Source: Phoronis australis
Taxonomy: Eukaryota > Animalia > Phoronida
Direction: 5' to 3'
Length of the DNA stretch: 64,000 bases
Assembly: GCA_002633005.1 (NCBI GenBank)
Contig: NMRA01000012.1
Location: 1,258,564 to 1,322,563 of the forward strand
A program made the position numbers and the translations under genes. Numbering within the stretch: position 1 is the stretch's first letter; each line of letters begins with the position of its first letter. The notes beneath the pieces are model-generated. The model was not told the origin of the DNA. It saw only the letters and a program-made list of their open reading frames with translations, and did no database searches. This document shows, piece after piece, positions 63,681-64,000 of this stretch.

Positions 63681-64000
63681 ATTTAATTACTAATCTTATC
63701 CAAAGAGACCTTTGGCTACTTGTTTACGGTCCACAGCGTTTGCGATCGAAACCTACTTCTTTTTGTAATGCTTGTTACACGTTTTATATTTTGTGCAATC
63801 GGTTCTTAACAAATTTGTTGTGTTTAAAATAGTCTTCAAATACCCAAAAGACCAAATCCGTTTTTCGTGTTGGCAATAATGACGGGATTGCTTTGGAAAT
63901 CATCTTAAGTTAAGGTTTGACAAAAAGAGAATTATGAGTTTCTGAGTGATTCACTAAGGCTTCGATTAAAATTCATATCTTACCAGCAGCTTCTGTTTTT

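Overview
Eukaryotic (animal) genomic DNA. It is AT-rich and CpG-poor, with GT-AG splice signals, microsatellites, an N-gap and many short DNA-transposon relics. The repeat mix (Kolobok-, Harbinger-, pogo-, Crypton-, HINE- and Penelope-like) resembles marine invertebrate genomes, but that is inference. Almost all ORFs in the supplied track look spurious. My best model has two genes head-to-head around 1.15-1.43 kb. The minus-strand gene has a signal-peptide first exon (1133-1058) and a probable exon 2 at the window edge (34-1). The plus-strand gene fills the rest of the window with very long introns: a non-coding first exon ending at 1434, a coding exon at 19045-19161, and candidate alternative first exons at 34058-34100 and 51819-51840. 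All three coding candidates end in phase 1. The strongest unexplained signal is a candidate recursive-splicing site at 62410/62411: branch point, pyrimidine tract, then TAG|GTAAGT, followed by a 63-nt exon with stops in all three frames. Other points of interest are a palindromic hammerhead-ribozyme relic, a decayed Kolobok-like element with convergent THAP and KolX/P2X7-ballast-like ORFs, a 450-bp fold-back element, and CTCF-like motifs arrayed inside HINE-like elements. No gene could be named. All family assignments were made by eye, without database searches.
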